A stretch of 64,000 bases of DNA from Sphyrna mokarran (GCA_024679065.1 JAGIQG010000004.1:73656001-73720000), one strand, 5' to 3'; positions 14,321 to 27,294 are shown, numbered from the stretch's first letter. Notes: generated from the sequence alone by a model not told the origin. Translations and numbers: made by a program.

Positions 14321-14834
14321 GTACTTTTCAACAACTTGGGAAAAAACTAGCTCTTTTCCATAGTATGCTGAGATGTATTGGGGAACATAATAGAGAAAAG
14401 CTTATCTCCCATTAATTTTGGTTCACCTAACATTAAAAACTGTTGCCCCCTATTTTCATTGTTGAAAAGGCCAGAGTAAAATTCCACTCATCATTGAAAA
14501 AAACCTAGCCATGTGTTAGCACTGGTGCTTCAAATGAAAAATGTTGTTTAGAATTGAATTTCTTCTAATGTGCTGATATACACTGGAAATACCTGTGCTG
14601 AGACATATAATTAATTTCCTAATTCCTGCACATTGTGAAGTGGGCTTGTGTAAAACACAAATTGCCCACTATATTGCACTGCTTTTGCAGCATTGTGCAG
14701 TGATGTAACAGCATTCATTTGTCTCCAGTATATGTTACTTGAAAAAACAATTAGTTGTACTGGGTTGGAGATTGACCTCTGCCTGCATGCAGCCAAAACT
14801 ACAAATAAACATCCCATGATCTTAATTCTTGTAG

Positions 14835-14899
14835 GAGCTGGCCCTGATGGAGTTGAAGAGATCAAAAGGCATCCATTCTTTGCTACCATTGACTGGAAT
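14835..14899 (+). CDS. RPS6KA6: RSK4 exon ([22 protein letters not shown])
   Basis: tcttgtag|ga and aat|gtaggt, 65 bp. Confidence 0.95.
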
Positions 14900-15338
14900 G
14901 TAGGTGTTTCCCATTCCAACAAGCAAGATCAAGGTCACAAAGCTGTTAAATGTAATGCTTTTTACTCCTGAAAAACACAAAGTTAAAATCTAAATGTTCA
15001 TGCTTTTAATTCAGTGCTTATTTGAAAGAATTTTTTTCTGCTGTTAATAAAAGATTTTTAAAAATTACATATTTTCTGGGATATTAGAGCATTTGTACAG
15101 AGATTTTGTAACACTTATGCTAATCGAACTTATGAATTCTTCTCTAAGATGTTAGCATCCATTGCAACTGTAAATTGTGAAAGGATGTTGCAATTTTGTA
15201 AATCCTGAATTTTAAAAAACATGTAAACGTTAAACCAATAATTCAAAGTAATGTAGTTGGGTATTCATAATTATCCACATTATCATTCAAAACAAAGTGA
15301 CAGAGACATGTAAAAATGAACCATTCTCTTTATCTTAG

Positions 15339-15441
15339 AAACTAGTCAGAAAGGAAATTCAACCACCGTTTAAACCTGCTTCTGGTAAGCCAGAAGATAC
15401 TTTCTGCTTTGATCCAGAATTTACAGCTAAAACACCAAAAG
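15339..15441 (+). CDS. RPS6KA6: RSK4 exon ([34 protein letters not shown]), AGC C-tail
   Basis: tatcttag|aaa and g|gtacag, 103 bp; ASGKP and TFCFD are RSK4-type. Confidence 0.96.
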
Positions 15442-15849
15442 GTACAGATGATTACTCTTTTATTGTTGCTATGTATTGTGTGAAAATCTAACGCATCACT
15501 TTCTCTGAAACAAAATTAATTAGGAGTTTTGTCATAGATATTGAAGGAAGTTTCATCTCTGTACAGTAACTGTAGTGTTTCTGTTAAAAAATTAAATATG
15601 ATTTAATTTTTATGCCCTTTTATAATGTTCATTAAACTTATTAGATTGTTCAAATCTCAGAAAACAGATGGGTATTTAAGATGATCCTTATACTTTTCAT
15701 TGTGCCTTGCTTTCATTTTTCCCATATTGTTAATGTTATTAAGATACAAATGCTTCCAGTTCCAATATTTTAAAATCAACTTTTGCATTTTTGTAAGTTG
15801 AAGGAAAGTTTTCTTCATTAGCTTTCCAAGCTGGTATCTCTTGTACCTG

Positions 15850-17215
15850 TTAATTGGCAAAAGAAGCAGTGGTGACACGAGGAAAACCTTCTTTACATAG
15901 TGAGTGGTTAAGAACTGAAATGCACTGAGTAGTATACAGTAGAGGCAGGTTCAATAAGGAAATTGGATTATTAGCTGAAAATGAAAAATGTGCAGGGCTA
16001 CAGTGATGATTTGGATTGCCGGTGTTGGACTGGGGTAGGCATAATAAGTAGCCTCACAACACCAGGTTAAAGTCCAACAGGTTTATTTAGTAGCATGAGC
16101 TTTCAGAGCACTGCGTCTTCATCACGTGAGAAGACAGTGAGAAAACAGAGAGAGCCAGCACAGATATGATGGCTCGAATGGCCTGCTTATGAGCTGTAAT
16201 TTCTATGGTTGGAAATTGACTAAGAAGCTCAGCTGGAAGAAATGGAGAATAGTGGTAATGGCAGGTACTCTAATGGACAAGGTGTGACTATTCCTGCAAA
16301 GATCTGTTTTGAGGTTTTAAATATTGATTGATGTATTTGTTAATAACTTAGATGGTGTGATAGCCACAGATCAAAATTTTTTTATGGCAAAAATAAGGCA
16401 GTATTGTCTGTAATGCAGATGGAAATGTAAAATTACAAAGATCTATTTATAAATTAAGTTACTTGGCAAATGGATTTCAAAGTCAGCAAACGAGGCCATT
16501 CGCTTCGACCATAACATAGATGCAACTGGGTGCTTTCTAATTCACAAAAAAAGATAGAAACAGTGGAAGTCCAGAGAGACTTGGGATTCCAGATATACAG
16601 AACCATGAAGTTGTATAATCAGGTGGAGAAAATAATGAGAAGGTCTCTTGGGATGCTAGCCTTTGTACCAAAAACAGTAATACAAAGGGGTAGAAGTCAT
16701 GTTTCAACTGCTTTGGTTAGACCACACCTGGAGCATTGTGTGCACCGCACCTTACAAAATATAAATTAGCCCTGAGGGAATGTGTAGAGTTAATCAAATG
16801 GTCTCCAAGGATTAAGCTACGAGATGAGGTTCCTGTGGTTGGGTTCCTTTGAAATTAGAAAGTGATTGATGACCACAAGTATCCACATGAGTTCAGGGAT
16901 GGCCAAGGCAGGGTGGGTATCGTTTAGCTGAATGACCACCTTCTCAGGAAATGCATCAACAATGGGTGATTTGATAGAAATTCTCAAGTGATCAAGGGGA
17001 ACAAATAGAATTGATAGAAACTAGTTCTGCTGATTGGTTGTTGATTCTTGAAAAAAATTAGAGTAGACTTTTCAGGCAGTTCATGCTTGACTAACTTTAA
17101 AGCTGATAGGTCTTTGTTAACCTGATGGTGTTAAGGGCCAGCATGGTTGCACATCAGCCATTATCATGTTGAATGTTGGATAGGAATAAAGGGCTGGATA
17201 ACCTACCTGAGTGGT
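15850..17215 (+). mobile_element. Degraded CR1 fragments (a 3' tail followed by an RT/C-terminal segment)
   Basis: VQRDLG...LVRPHLEHCV remnant in ORF 16530-16769. Confidence 0.7.
16007..16133 (-). mobile_element. Solo Penelope pLTR fragment inserted in a CR1 3' tail
   Basis: tgccggtgttggactggggta...cacaacaccaggttaaagtccaacaggtttattt; acagtga repeated at 16000 and 16134. Confidence 0.8.
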
Positions 17216-18114
17216 TTGTTTCCTTTAGAAATTTATTTTCAAATTTAGTTTGAAATTTAATAATTTGTTTTGATGCCCACCTTAAGATATATTGCACAAA
17301 ATAAATCTTTATGCTTCCCTAAATAAACCTACCATAAAGGTGAGGATTAATGGAACCCAATCCTCAGAAGCACCTTAAAAATAAAGCTTATCTGCTTACA
17401 TACATTCTGACTTATCTCATATATATTGCATGTGAATACGGAAGTAAGTGTTTCTGGGTTCATATTAGAGAGCGTGTTGTCAATACAGATGGGAAACATC
17501 CTGAAGACATCTCACTTGCACTGTGTCAACCCCTTTCTGTGTTTCTACTCAATTATTTAGCCCACTGTATTAGTAGAGCTGGTAATCCTGTCAAAATAGC
17601 TGGAAAGGAAATTTAATCTGAGTGGATAAAGAATTTGTGCCAATCTCCCACACTGTAATTTCAGGACCTAAACCTTTAAGTTAGAGTCAGGGGTAGTGAT
17701 CCATTGGTCATCAAGACCAATCTTGAGAGTTATGGCAGCTCTTTAAAAACAACTGACATTTTTCTCAGAATATGTGATTTATATATTGCTTGAAACCTCA
17801 GGTGAAACTACATCATTATTTGAGCAGACAAGTGCCGTTTTGTTCCATGGATAGCTTTTATTCTGTGGACAGAAATGTTTATTTTAAAAGAGCATTCAAA
17901 TGTGATTTTTAACATAACATTTTGAATAATTTGTTGTTGCTGGGAATTGTATGTGTTGTAATATTAGATGCCACTTTAATGACTCGGGCATTGAATTGTA
18001 TGATGTGTACGTGTCTTGGAGTTCATTGAGATTGTCAGAACTAGAATTACAATGTTCATGAAACTTTGTTGTGGAAATAAATGAATGATAATTGAAGGTT
18101 TTTTCTTTGTTTAG

Positions 18115-18239
18115 ATTCACCTGGAATTCCACCAAGTGCTAATGCACATCAGCTTTTCAGAGGCTTTAGTTTTGTTGCAACTAATGCAGTGGAAGAAGTG
18201 CAAAGTAACCCACTGACAGCCGTACACCCTATTGTACAG
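18115..18239 (+). CDS. RPS6KA6: RSK4 linker exon ([42 protein letters not shown]) with turn and hydrophobic motifs
   Basis: ttgtttag|at and cag|gtacaa, 125 bp; FRGFSF hydrophobic motif. Confidence 0.96.
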
Positions 18240-18392
18240 GTACAATGCATAGATGGTGAAATAACAATTGTGATGCTGAACTTAGAAAATGTCTACAGAC
18301 TGTGTTCTAATGTTGGGCAAGATGCTATGTTTTAACAAAAACATCTAATTTTTTGATAAGGAATTTTAATCTTATTTCTTTGTTTATAATAG

Positions 18393-18515
18393 CTGCATGG
18401 GAATAGCATGCAGTTCAATGATGGATATGAACTAAAAGAAGATATTGGGGTTGGCTCCTATTCGATCTGCAAGCGCTGCATACACCGAGTTACCAATATG
18501 GAGTTTGCCGTCAAG
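18393..18515 (+). CDS. RPS6KA6: RSK4 exon ([41 protein letters not shown]), start of C-terminal kinase domain
   Basis: ttataatag|ctg and aag|gtaatt, 123 bp; Gly-rich loop GVGSYS. Confidence 0.96.
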
Positions 18516-21500
18516 GTAATTAATGATAACCCAGTCGTCAAATCCTAATAGGAGTGCTGAAAATTTACTGCCTAATGTATAGTGTGGGTTTTTAATGAGG
18601 CTTTGTTATGGACTTCCATGTTTTGGAGAAAGGAATAGATTTCTATCTTGTTTGTCCTCTGTTAGAGTTAAACTCTCCAAATATGATGGTTCATTCCATT
18701 GGTATTGCATCATCAACTTTGAGTATTAATTTCTCATTATAATTTTTACAAGCACAACTTTCTGCAAGGTAATTTGTTAGAAGTTTGGAGATATTGTTAC
18801 TCCTCCAAACTCATATAATCTGAATTCATGAAGCTCAATTTGAATTTTTACATGTGTTCTACTGTTGATTGTAAAACAAAATCACACTGAATGTTATCAC
18901 AATTTGTTCTCATTGGCAGTCACATATAACTATTCATATTATACTTCTCTGAATTAATGAATGAAAATTCAATTTATTTTAACAAGAAGACTTCAACTTA
19001 AAGTTTTTTCATTAGTGTCACAAGTAAGCTTACATTAACACTGCTGCAAAATTCTGTTGTTTACAATTTCCCTTACTAGTGCCAGGTTTTCTAATTTGTG
19101 TCAACATCCATGTAATGGGTGACACAAATATAATCATGAATTACATATACTGTGCATAATGTATGCTGTTTGTCTTAGTGGTAGTATGGGGTGGATAATA
19201 GCAAGGGGGCAAATTTTAGAGGCATGATTCTCATCACCCTGTATGTTCAGAGTTTTGAGATTTGGTGAATATCAAGACTTCTCCCTCTTGCCTTTCTGCC
19301 ACTTATTCAATCCCCAAACTTCCCCTTTGCTGCTTCCCTGCTAAATGGCTCTCTTTTCGATGTTCTCGTTGTCTTTCTGGTCTCCTGCTTTTTGCGATTC
19401 TCACCTGCCCCAAGCTCGCCATAGACCCTCTTCCCCCCCATCCCTACCCTGATCATCAACCCTACCACATGCATGCCTCTCATTTTCTCACCCCCTTATC
19501 TCCCTCTGACTTCTGTCTTGACCCTGAGTTGAGAGAGGTAAATGGTGAGTAGGAGGGAGGCAGTGAATGGGCAGGCACTGAGTAGAAGAAGCTGGGAGGC
19601 TGGTGTTAACTGGGAGGGTCAGGATGGAAATGGTGAGTTGGGAGAGACAATGGGTGACAATGTGCAGGAGGGAGGCAGGGAGTATGAAGGTGGGGGGAGA
19701 GGGGAAATGGCGAATCAGAGGAGGCGGCAAACTGAAGAGTCGAAATTGAGGAAGGAAGTGGCAAATTGAAAGAAGAACCGAGTGGGACAATGTGGCCAGG
19801 GAAAAGTGATGAGATGAGCAAGGCAGCAGTGATGAAGTCAGGAAGGGAAGCAGTAGGCAAGAGACAAGCATTAGCAATGGTGACAAGCTGCAGTCAGGAA
19901 ATGGAAAGCAAGAGGTAAATTGAAAGAGTTAGAAGATTGTTTGGACTGTTAGGACCACTGATCTGGTCATTCTGCTGCACCTGATTTTGGAGAATCACTA
20001 AAGGAAGATTGATCCTATAGACTTCAACATAATAAAATTAAGGGGCTTTTCCTGGACGTTTTGTGCTGTAATTTTCTTTGTTTTAGTTTGGTCGGTGCAG
20101 GCTCGGAGGGTCAAACGCCCTCTTCCTCTAACTTTCTTAGTTCTTTGTTATTTTCAGGTAGTTTGTGAGAACTTTTGGATTCCTTATACAGATCTCCAGA
20201 TAATAATGCAGAGGTTCTTGTGATGTCATCCAAAAAGGAATTTTAAACCATGCATATATGTAGATGCTTATGCTACATGTCCCTAATTCACCTTTGCATA
20301 TATTGTGAGAAAGTTTACTATAAAAATAGTGAATTGGTTTAATATTTCATAATTAGTAGACTTTAATGTAAAAAAAACTCTAGGCGTTGTTGTGATCCTT
20401 GATCACACCCCACGCTGTGTTGGGAGGTTGAGGGAGGGGCTATCCATCCACGGATCAATAACATTTGTTTAAAGTAAATTAAATTTGTGATTCAAAATGC
20501 ATATGAAGTGAGTAAAATCACACGATTCTGCATGTCTGCAGCCAACAAAATAAACAGCATTGTACAAGTTCAGAAAGATAAAACAATTTACAATATATAT
20601 TTTATATACTAATGTTGAAGTATGTGTGAATTAATAGACAAACTGTGTTTGCGTATACCACACTACATCGTAGATGACAGATATGACCAAATTTAATTTC
20701 ATGGATTTCTCAGCAACCCACCAAAGATTTGTTACATCTTGCATCAGTCATTCTGACTGAAACTTTGTTTTTCACACGAGAGTTTCAAACCTCTACAGTT
20801 GAAGATTTTGTCTTAGAATTCTCTTCAAAGGTTGCTCCCATTTGGACGGGTTCAACAACAATCCACCTTGCAGGATTTCAGTCTCCCCCTCCAGGATTCT
20901 TTTCGCCTGGATCTCCGAGTGCATTCAAGCTTCAACTTCCAGGCACAATTTCAGATCTCGGGCAGTGCCAAGCAGAACACCATTGCTCCAAAGGGATACC
21001 TTTGCTCTGACGGCCTGCAACATGAAGTCACCAACTTTCAGCTGCACTGGATCTTCAGGGCATCTCAGTTAAATTCATTGGACCATTTCAATTAAAGCCA
21101 GCTTCCTGTAGCTCTTGAACTGAGAGCCTGTTACTCTGCCCTTTTCTTCAATTTCATTTAAGGAGCATATTCTTATCTGGACTTTTATCCTGGGCTGAGG
21201 CCACTTTTCAGGATCTCTCCTTGTTCTGTTTCTGGTTTGGGACCTGTTTCCTCCTCCCATGTCTCCCTTAGGGCATCTACCAGATCATAGTGTTCTGCCT
21301 CCGATCATCTTATCTGCCTCCTTGCCGTATTTTCTCTTTCCATAAGTGCAGGCACATAGAGCCAGCCCTTGGTCTAAAGTACAAAAAGAAAAGAACTGTG
21401 AGTGAGTGACCATTTCCTAGCTGGGGCATGTGCAAAAGGCCCTAGGTTGGTCAGGACTGAAGTTCTCGACTTACAAACTAAAGAAAGTTAAGTAATTGAA

Positions 21501-22409
21501 TAAAGTGGAATATATGCCACTGCTGCTTCAGAAATTAATTTAACAGTCATTTTCCCTCTTGGGATTCCATTTTCTCTTCACACAGTGCTCTGTTCCCCAG
21601 TTCCCAGATGTCGTTTCTCCTTGAATATTCACTTAATTTACAGGGATACTGTCTCGCTGACTTTTTCCAACCTGTTCATGAGAACCAACTTTCGCCAAAT
21701 TCACAGAAACCTCTGCCTTGTTGATGTAAAGAAATGATGGAGCTGTTTTTCTCACTCTTTGCAGTTTTAATTAAAAAAACACTTCAGTAAGCTGAAAAAA
21801 TAAATTGCCTTTTTGCCTATTTTCTATCAATTAAGGCTTGTTTAGCTCCTTCTATTTTATAAAGGAAGTCAGTTTTTGGCAGTGCCTTAAAGGAGCAAAG
21901 TGAGGTAGAAAGATGTGTTTAGAGAGTATTCCAGAGTTTGGAGCCTAGGTTACTGAGGGCATGGCTATCAGTGATGGAGCGATTAAAATTGAAGATATAC
22001 AGGCGGCCACAATTCATTGTGCACTGATGTCTCGGAGTGTTGTGGGATGGAAGAGATTACAGAGCTGGGGAAAGAAGAAGACCATGGATTAATTGGAAAA
22101 CAAGGATGAGAATTTTAAAATCAAGATATTGCTCAACCAGGAGCTAATGCAAGTCATTGGGCACTGAAGCGATGGAGCATGGAATTTCCAGTGTTTAGAC
22201 ATAAGCAGCAGAGTTTTGGGTGATGGATATGGAATATGGGAGACCCATCAAGAGTTGGAAAGTGAAAGCTAACAGATACCTGGGAACTGTATTTTCAAAT
22301 TCCCCTCTAATTTGCATGTCACTTTGATTTGGACATTTAATTTTGCTGTTCCTTCGTTGTCAACGTCTTGGCGTGCCCTATCCACTGGCATTGTGAGTAT
22401 AATTTCAAG

Positions 22410-24304
22410 ATGTAGAGATGCCGGCGTTGGACTGGGGTAAACTCAGTAAAGTTTCACAACACCAATTTTAAATCCAACCGATTTATTTGATAGTAAATCT
22501 GCGAGCTTTCGGCATTTGTGCCTTCGTCAGGCGAATGAGGTGTTCTGGTCTCCAAAGCACGCACATCAGCACAGACAGTTTACAGATTGCTGATTAGAAT
22601 GCGAATCCTTACACCTAACCTGCTATTCAAGTCTTAAAGTGGCTAACAGCAGAGGTTAGAGGGATGTGTATTGTCTCCAGACAGCACAATAAGTGAGGTT
22701 TTTTGCTAACCCAGGCAAGTCATGGGGGTTACACATAGTGTGACATGAAGCCAAGATCCCTGTTAAGACCATCCTCATGTGCGTGGAACTTGGCTATTAG
22801 TCTCTGCTCAGCGACTCTGCGCTGTCGTGTGTCGTGAAGGACACCTTGAAGAACATTTACCCGTAGGTCGGAGGCCGAATGCCCGTGACTGCTGAAGTAT
22901 TCGCTCACAGGAAGGGAACTGTTTTGCCTGGCGATTGTTGAGCGATGTTCATTCATCTGCTGTCGTAGTGTCTGCATGGTCTCCCCAATGTACCATGCTT
23001 CGGGACATCCTTTCTTGCAACATATTAGGTAGACAACATTGGCCGAGTTGCAAGAGTATGTACCATTTACCTGGTGAATGGTATTCTCACGTTTGATGAT
23101 GTCGTCCATGTCAGTGATCCAGCATGTCTTGCAGAGGTTGCTGTGGCAGGGTTGTGTGGTATTGTGGTCACTGTTCTGAAGGTTGGGTAGTTTGCTGAGA
23201 ACAATGATCTATTTGACGTTGCGCGGTTGTCTGAAAGCAAGAAGTAGTGGGGTGGGGATGGCCCTAGCAACATGTTCATCGTCATCAATGATATGTTGAA
23301 GACTCCGGAGAAGATGTTGTAGCTTCTCTGCTCCAGGGAAGTATCAATGATATGTTGAAGACTCCGGAGAAGATGTCGTAGCTTCTCCGCTCTGGGGAAG
23401 TACTCCCCGGAGCGGAGAAGCTACGACATTTTCTCCGGAGTCTTCAACATATCATTGATGACAATGAACATCTCGCTAAGGCCATCCCCACCCCACCACT
23501 TCTTGCTTTCAGACAACCACGCAACCTCAAACAGATCATTGCTCTCAGCAAACTACCCAACCTTCAGGAGAACAGTGACCACAATACCACACAACCCTGC
23601 CACAGCAACCTCTGCAGGACATGCCGGATCATAGACATGGACGACATCGTCAAACGTGAGAATACCATTCACCAGGTACATGGTACATACTCTTGCAACT
23701 CGGCCAACGTTGTCTACCTAATACGTTGCAAGAAACGATATCCTGAAGCATGGTACATTGGGAGACCATGCAGACACTACGACAGCGGATGAATGAACAT
23801 CGCTCAACAATCGCCAGGCAAAACAGTTCCCTTCCTGTGGGCGAACACTTCGGCAGTCATGGGCATTCGGCCTCCGACCTTCGGGTAAATGTTCTTCAAG
23901 GGGGCCTTCACGACACACGACAGCGCAGAGACGCTGAGCAGAGACTGATAGCCAAGTTCTGCACACATGAGGACGGTCTTAACAGGGATCTTGGCTTCAT
24001 GTCACACTATGTGTAACCCCCATGACTTGCCTGGGTTAGCAACAAACCTTAGTTACTGTGCTGTCTGGAGACAATACACATCCCTCTAACCTCTGCTGTT
24101 AGCCACTTTAAGACTTGAATAAGAGGTTAGGTGAAAGGATTCGCATTCTAATCAGCAATCTGTAAACTGTCTGTGCTGATGTGTGCGCTTTGGAGACCAG
24201 AACACCTCATTCGCCTGATGAAGGCACAAACGCCGAAAGCTCGCAGATTTCCTATCAAATAAATTGGTTGGATTTAAAATTGGTGTTGTGAAACTTTACT
24301 GAGT
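22410..24304. mobile_element. Penelope-like retroelement: two 5'-truncated copies in inverted (palindromic) arrangement, each encoding the GIY-YIG endonuclease C-terminus plus pseudo-LTR
   Basis: ORFs 22729-23109(-) and 23750-24016(+) are near-identical; NVVYLICCKKGCPEAWYIGET is a GIY-YIG motif; arms 22441-23401 and 23402-24304; 16-bp direct repeat tgagtataatttcaag at 22394-22409 and 24300-24315. Confidence 0.93.
24209..24248 (+). ncRNA. Minimal type I hammerhead ribozyme motif in Penelope pLTR (mirror copy on - strand at about 22497-22536)
   Basis: attcgc-CTGATGA-aggc acaaac gcc-GAAA-gc-TC-gcagat; conserved core with stem II and a palindromic AGCT replacing stem III. Confidence 0.7.
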
Positions 24305-24899
24305 ATAATTTCAAGTCAGACACTGATTCAGAAAGATGGTCTAATATTGTCTCCTCAAAGACGTCTCGCATTAGTCAATAAATTCTGGCCTTGACAGCAA
24401 TGTCCATATCCAGAGAATGAATTTAAAGGAAATTGTGGTACTTAGCATAGATTACCCATTCAGAGCCAAACATTTTACATTTGCAATCAAAAGGATTTAA
24501 ATGTTGGGTACTCTGTGCTTGTGTTAATCAGCTTAACTTATTCATAATTCTTTATTCTTCTGGACGCTTGCTTTGGAATTCATTGGCCTGTGAGTAAAAA
24601 GTTACAACTGAAGATTCCCCTCTGTTGAGAGACAAACAGTGCAAGCTCGATGATGCAAGGGTAATCCTCAAAATGTGACTGAAATACTTGATACAAGTTG
24701 CATAGCAAGTTAGCAGAATATTTCCAGCAAGGAATCTCTGTTGTTAGCACCTGCTCTATCAACTTGGACAGTTAAAGCAATATTCTTACTCTAACATCTG
24801 TCTCATGCAACTCTTCAGTTTATTCCAGGAAACCTGTACTCAGAATCTCATTTTTTGCATAATTGCCTTTCCTTTCCAGAAGGCACCATTGATTTCATT

Positions 24900-25830
24900 G
24901 AACATAAGAAATAGGAGCCTTTAAGTTGCTTTGCCGTTCACTATGGTCATGGCTGATCTGATTTTGACCTCAAATCCACTTTCCTGTCTTTAATCCTTAT
25001 CTTCTCTCTCATTCAAAAATCGTACTGTCTCAGGCTCCTCTGCTGTCTGGGATAGAGAATTCCAGAGAGTCGTGATCCTCAGAAAAGAATTCCTGCTTCA
25101 TCTCTGTGTCTTAAATGAACAACTTCTTATAACTATGTTTCCTAATTCTACTTGAGGGAAAACATCCAGTATTTTCTCTTCTAAGCCGTCTCCGATATAT
25201 TTCAATATGTTCATGGACATTCTTCTGATGTCCAATGAGTATTGGTCCAACTTGCTTTACCTTTGCTCAAAAGACAACTCCTTCCTCGCAGAAATCAACC
25301 CAGTGAACCTTTTTTGAATTGCCTCCAGTGCAAGAATATCACCCCCATTCCACTTCCTTAAAGTAAGGAGACTAAAAACACATCAACACTTTGTACAGAA
25401 ATAACAAGATTTCTTGACTCTTATACTCCAACCCCCATGCAATAAAAGCCAGCATTGCATTTGTCTTCTAGATTACTTATTTTACCTCTGTGCTAATGTT
25501 TTATATTTCCCACTGCCCTGCAAAATTCTGTCTTTCTATTTAAATGATGTTTTGCTTTTAGGTTCTTCCTATCGTAGTGGATAATCTTATATTTTTCCGC
25601 ATTATGTCCTTACCTGCTGAATTTTTATCCACTAACTTAACCTATCTATCTTTATCCCTGTGCAGACTCTGAAATCATCTCACAACTTGCTTTCCCACCT
25701 GTCTTTATACACTGAGCAAATTTAAGCTATAATTGTCCAGTAATTCAAGTCACTAATATGTATTGTAACTAGGTGAGGGTCCAGCACTGATCCCTGGAGT
25801 TTCCAACTAGTTAGTTACCCATCTGAAAAG
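24900..25830 (-). mobile_element. Degraded CR1 3' fragment
   Basis: gaacataagaaataggagc tail; ccagcactgatccctgg corresponds to PQGSVLG on - strand. Confidence 0.65.
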
Positions 25831-27294
25831 TTACCCACTATAAATTGTAGCATGTGAGGTGACACCATTTTTCAGGCCCCAAAAAGTTGTGTTTTTACAC
25901 ATACTTGGTGTATAAGTTGACTCCCCTTTTCAGTTTCTGAATGCCGCATTCTATTTACAGAACTTTTAACTAAATGCAAGCGAACAAGCAGATGATATTG
26001 ACAGTGTTGCAAAGATGCATTTGATTTTAAAAGATCCCCATTTTGCGGCTGGTGTTCATAATCTTTCAAAATGGTGACCATCCTCATCTGTGCTGGCGGT
26101 TTTCTATTATACTTAATACCTGAGTTGGCCTTTGCTTTTGGAGGGATTTTTCGAAACTTCAGCTGTTGACTTGTACATTGACAACGGCAGAATTTGTCCT
26201 AACTTTGTTTTTCGTTAGCGAATACTTATCACAGAGTGCCCCCCCACCCCAATATCATGAAGTTTATGCAATAAATTTATATGTGACATTTTATTGAATG
26301 TATTTGATAATTCAAATATACAACATTTACTTTTTCCTTTTTATCTACTGTTTCTCTTTAATCCACTGTGCTCATAACATTCTCAAAGAGCTAATGAATA
26401 AGTCAAGCCTGTAATGAATTTGTCCACAAATCTGTCTTTTCTCTTTGCACAGAGCACATTCTGATGAATGGTTTAGTTGATTTGGAGCTGGTTTAGTTCC
26501 TCATGTTTTATTACCAATGTGACGTCCCATTATTGCAAGAGCTGAATATGTAATTGTGGCACCATCCTCTTAATGCTGCATTGTTTCTCTTGAAGAAATT
26601 ACTGGAATTGCTGGAAAGAAAATTTAATTCCTTTCATGCTGTATTTGAAAGGCAACATTGCCAATAGCTTCAGCAAATATTTCACCATTTTGAAATGAGC
26701 AAAATAGTTAAGTTTGCAATGTTGGTTACGTATGAGGTGATCCACTGCAGTGACACAGCATAGTGCATCTTTCAAATCCATGAATACTTGTTGAAAGTCA
26801 TTTTCAAGCCAGAGTTGTATGTTCTGAGATTCTGGTGTATGAGATACTGGGATTTGTAAACATTGGAAACTTAACTGATGCTTTTCCAGTTTTTAGTTCT
26901 TAATAAACTGGGAATTGTGAAATGACTTGCCTTGCATTTCCCACATCACCATTACTTAAGATTATGTTGATTAATGTTTACTATTGGCTCACTGTGAAGT
27001 TTGTAATAATGCCAGAAGAGATTTCTGATTGTGTTTCTGATTTTGAGACCAAGCTGATATGAAATATCTAATGAAAAGTGGAAGCTTTCGTATTTCTCTA
27101 ATTTAATCCATAATGTTTCCAAAATGATTTTCTGGAGAATTAAGCAATAGTTAAATGACCAGTGATATTTAGTACTGTATTTTCAAAGTTCACTTGTCCC
27201 TTGATTCTATTCAGTAAATTTTTGGTGTTGGAATATGGAGTAATTTTTTTGTTATTATGAGTCGACAGCCGCAGAGAGGAAGAACAGTGTTGAC

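Noticed and set aside
14325-14470. 11-bp inverted repeat cttttcaacaa / ttgttgaaaag
   Set aside because: Short and AT-rich with no TSD; may be chance.
19262-19886. Four overlapping ORFs of 75-132 aa
   Set aside because: Products of CT/GA low-complexity composition.
20387-21475. Possible solo LTR (TG...CA, moderately GC-rich, three short ORFs)
   Set aside because: No TSD or second copy visible in the window; cannot be supported without a repeat search.
21860-22270. Possible L2-type LINE 3' fragment
   Set aside because: Too degenerate to assign by eye.
23284-23401. Direct repeat considered as a CRISPR-like array
   Set aside because: Only two abutting units with no spacers, inside a Penelope ORF in a vertebrate genome.
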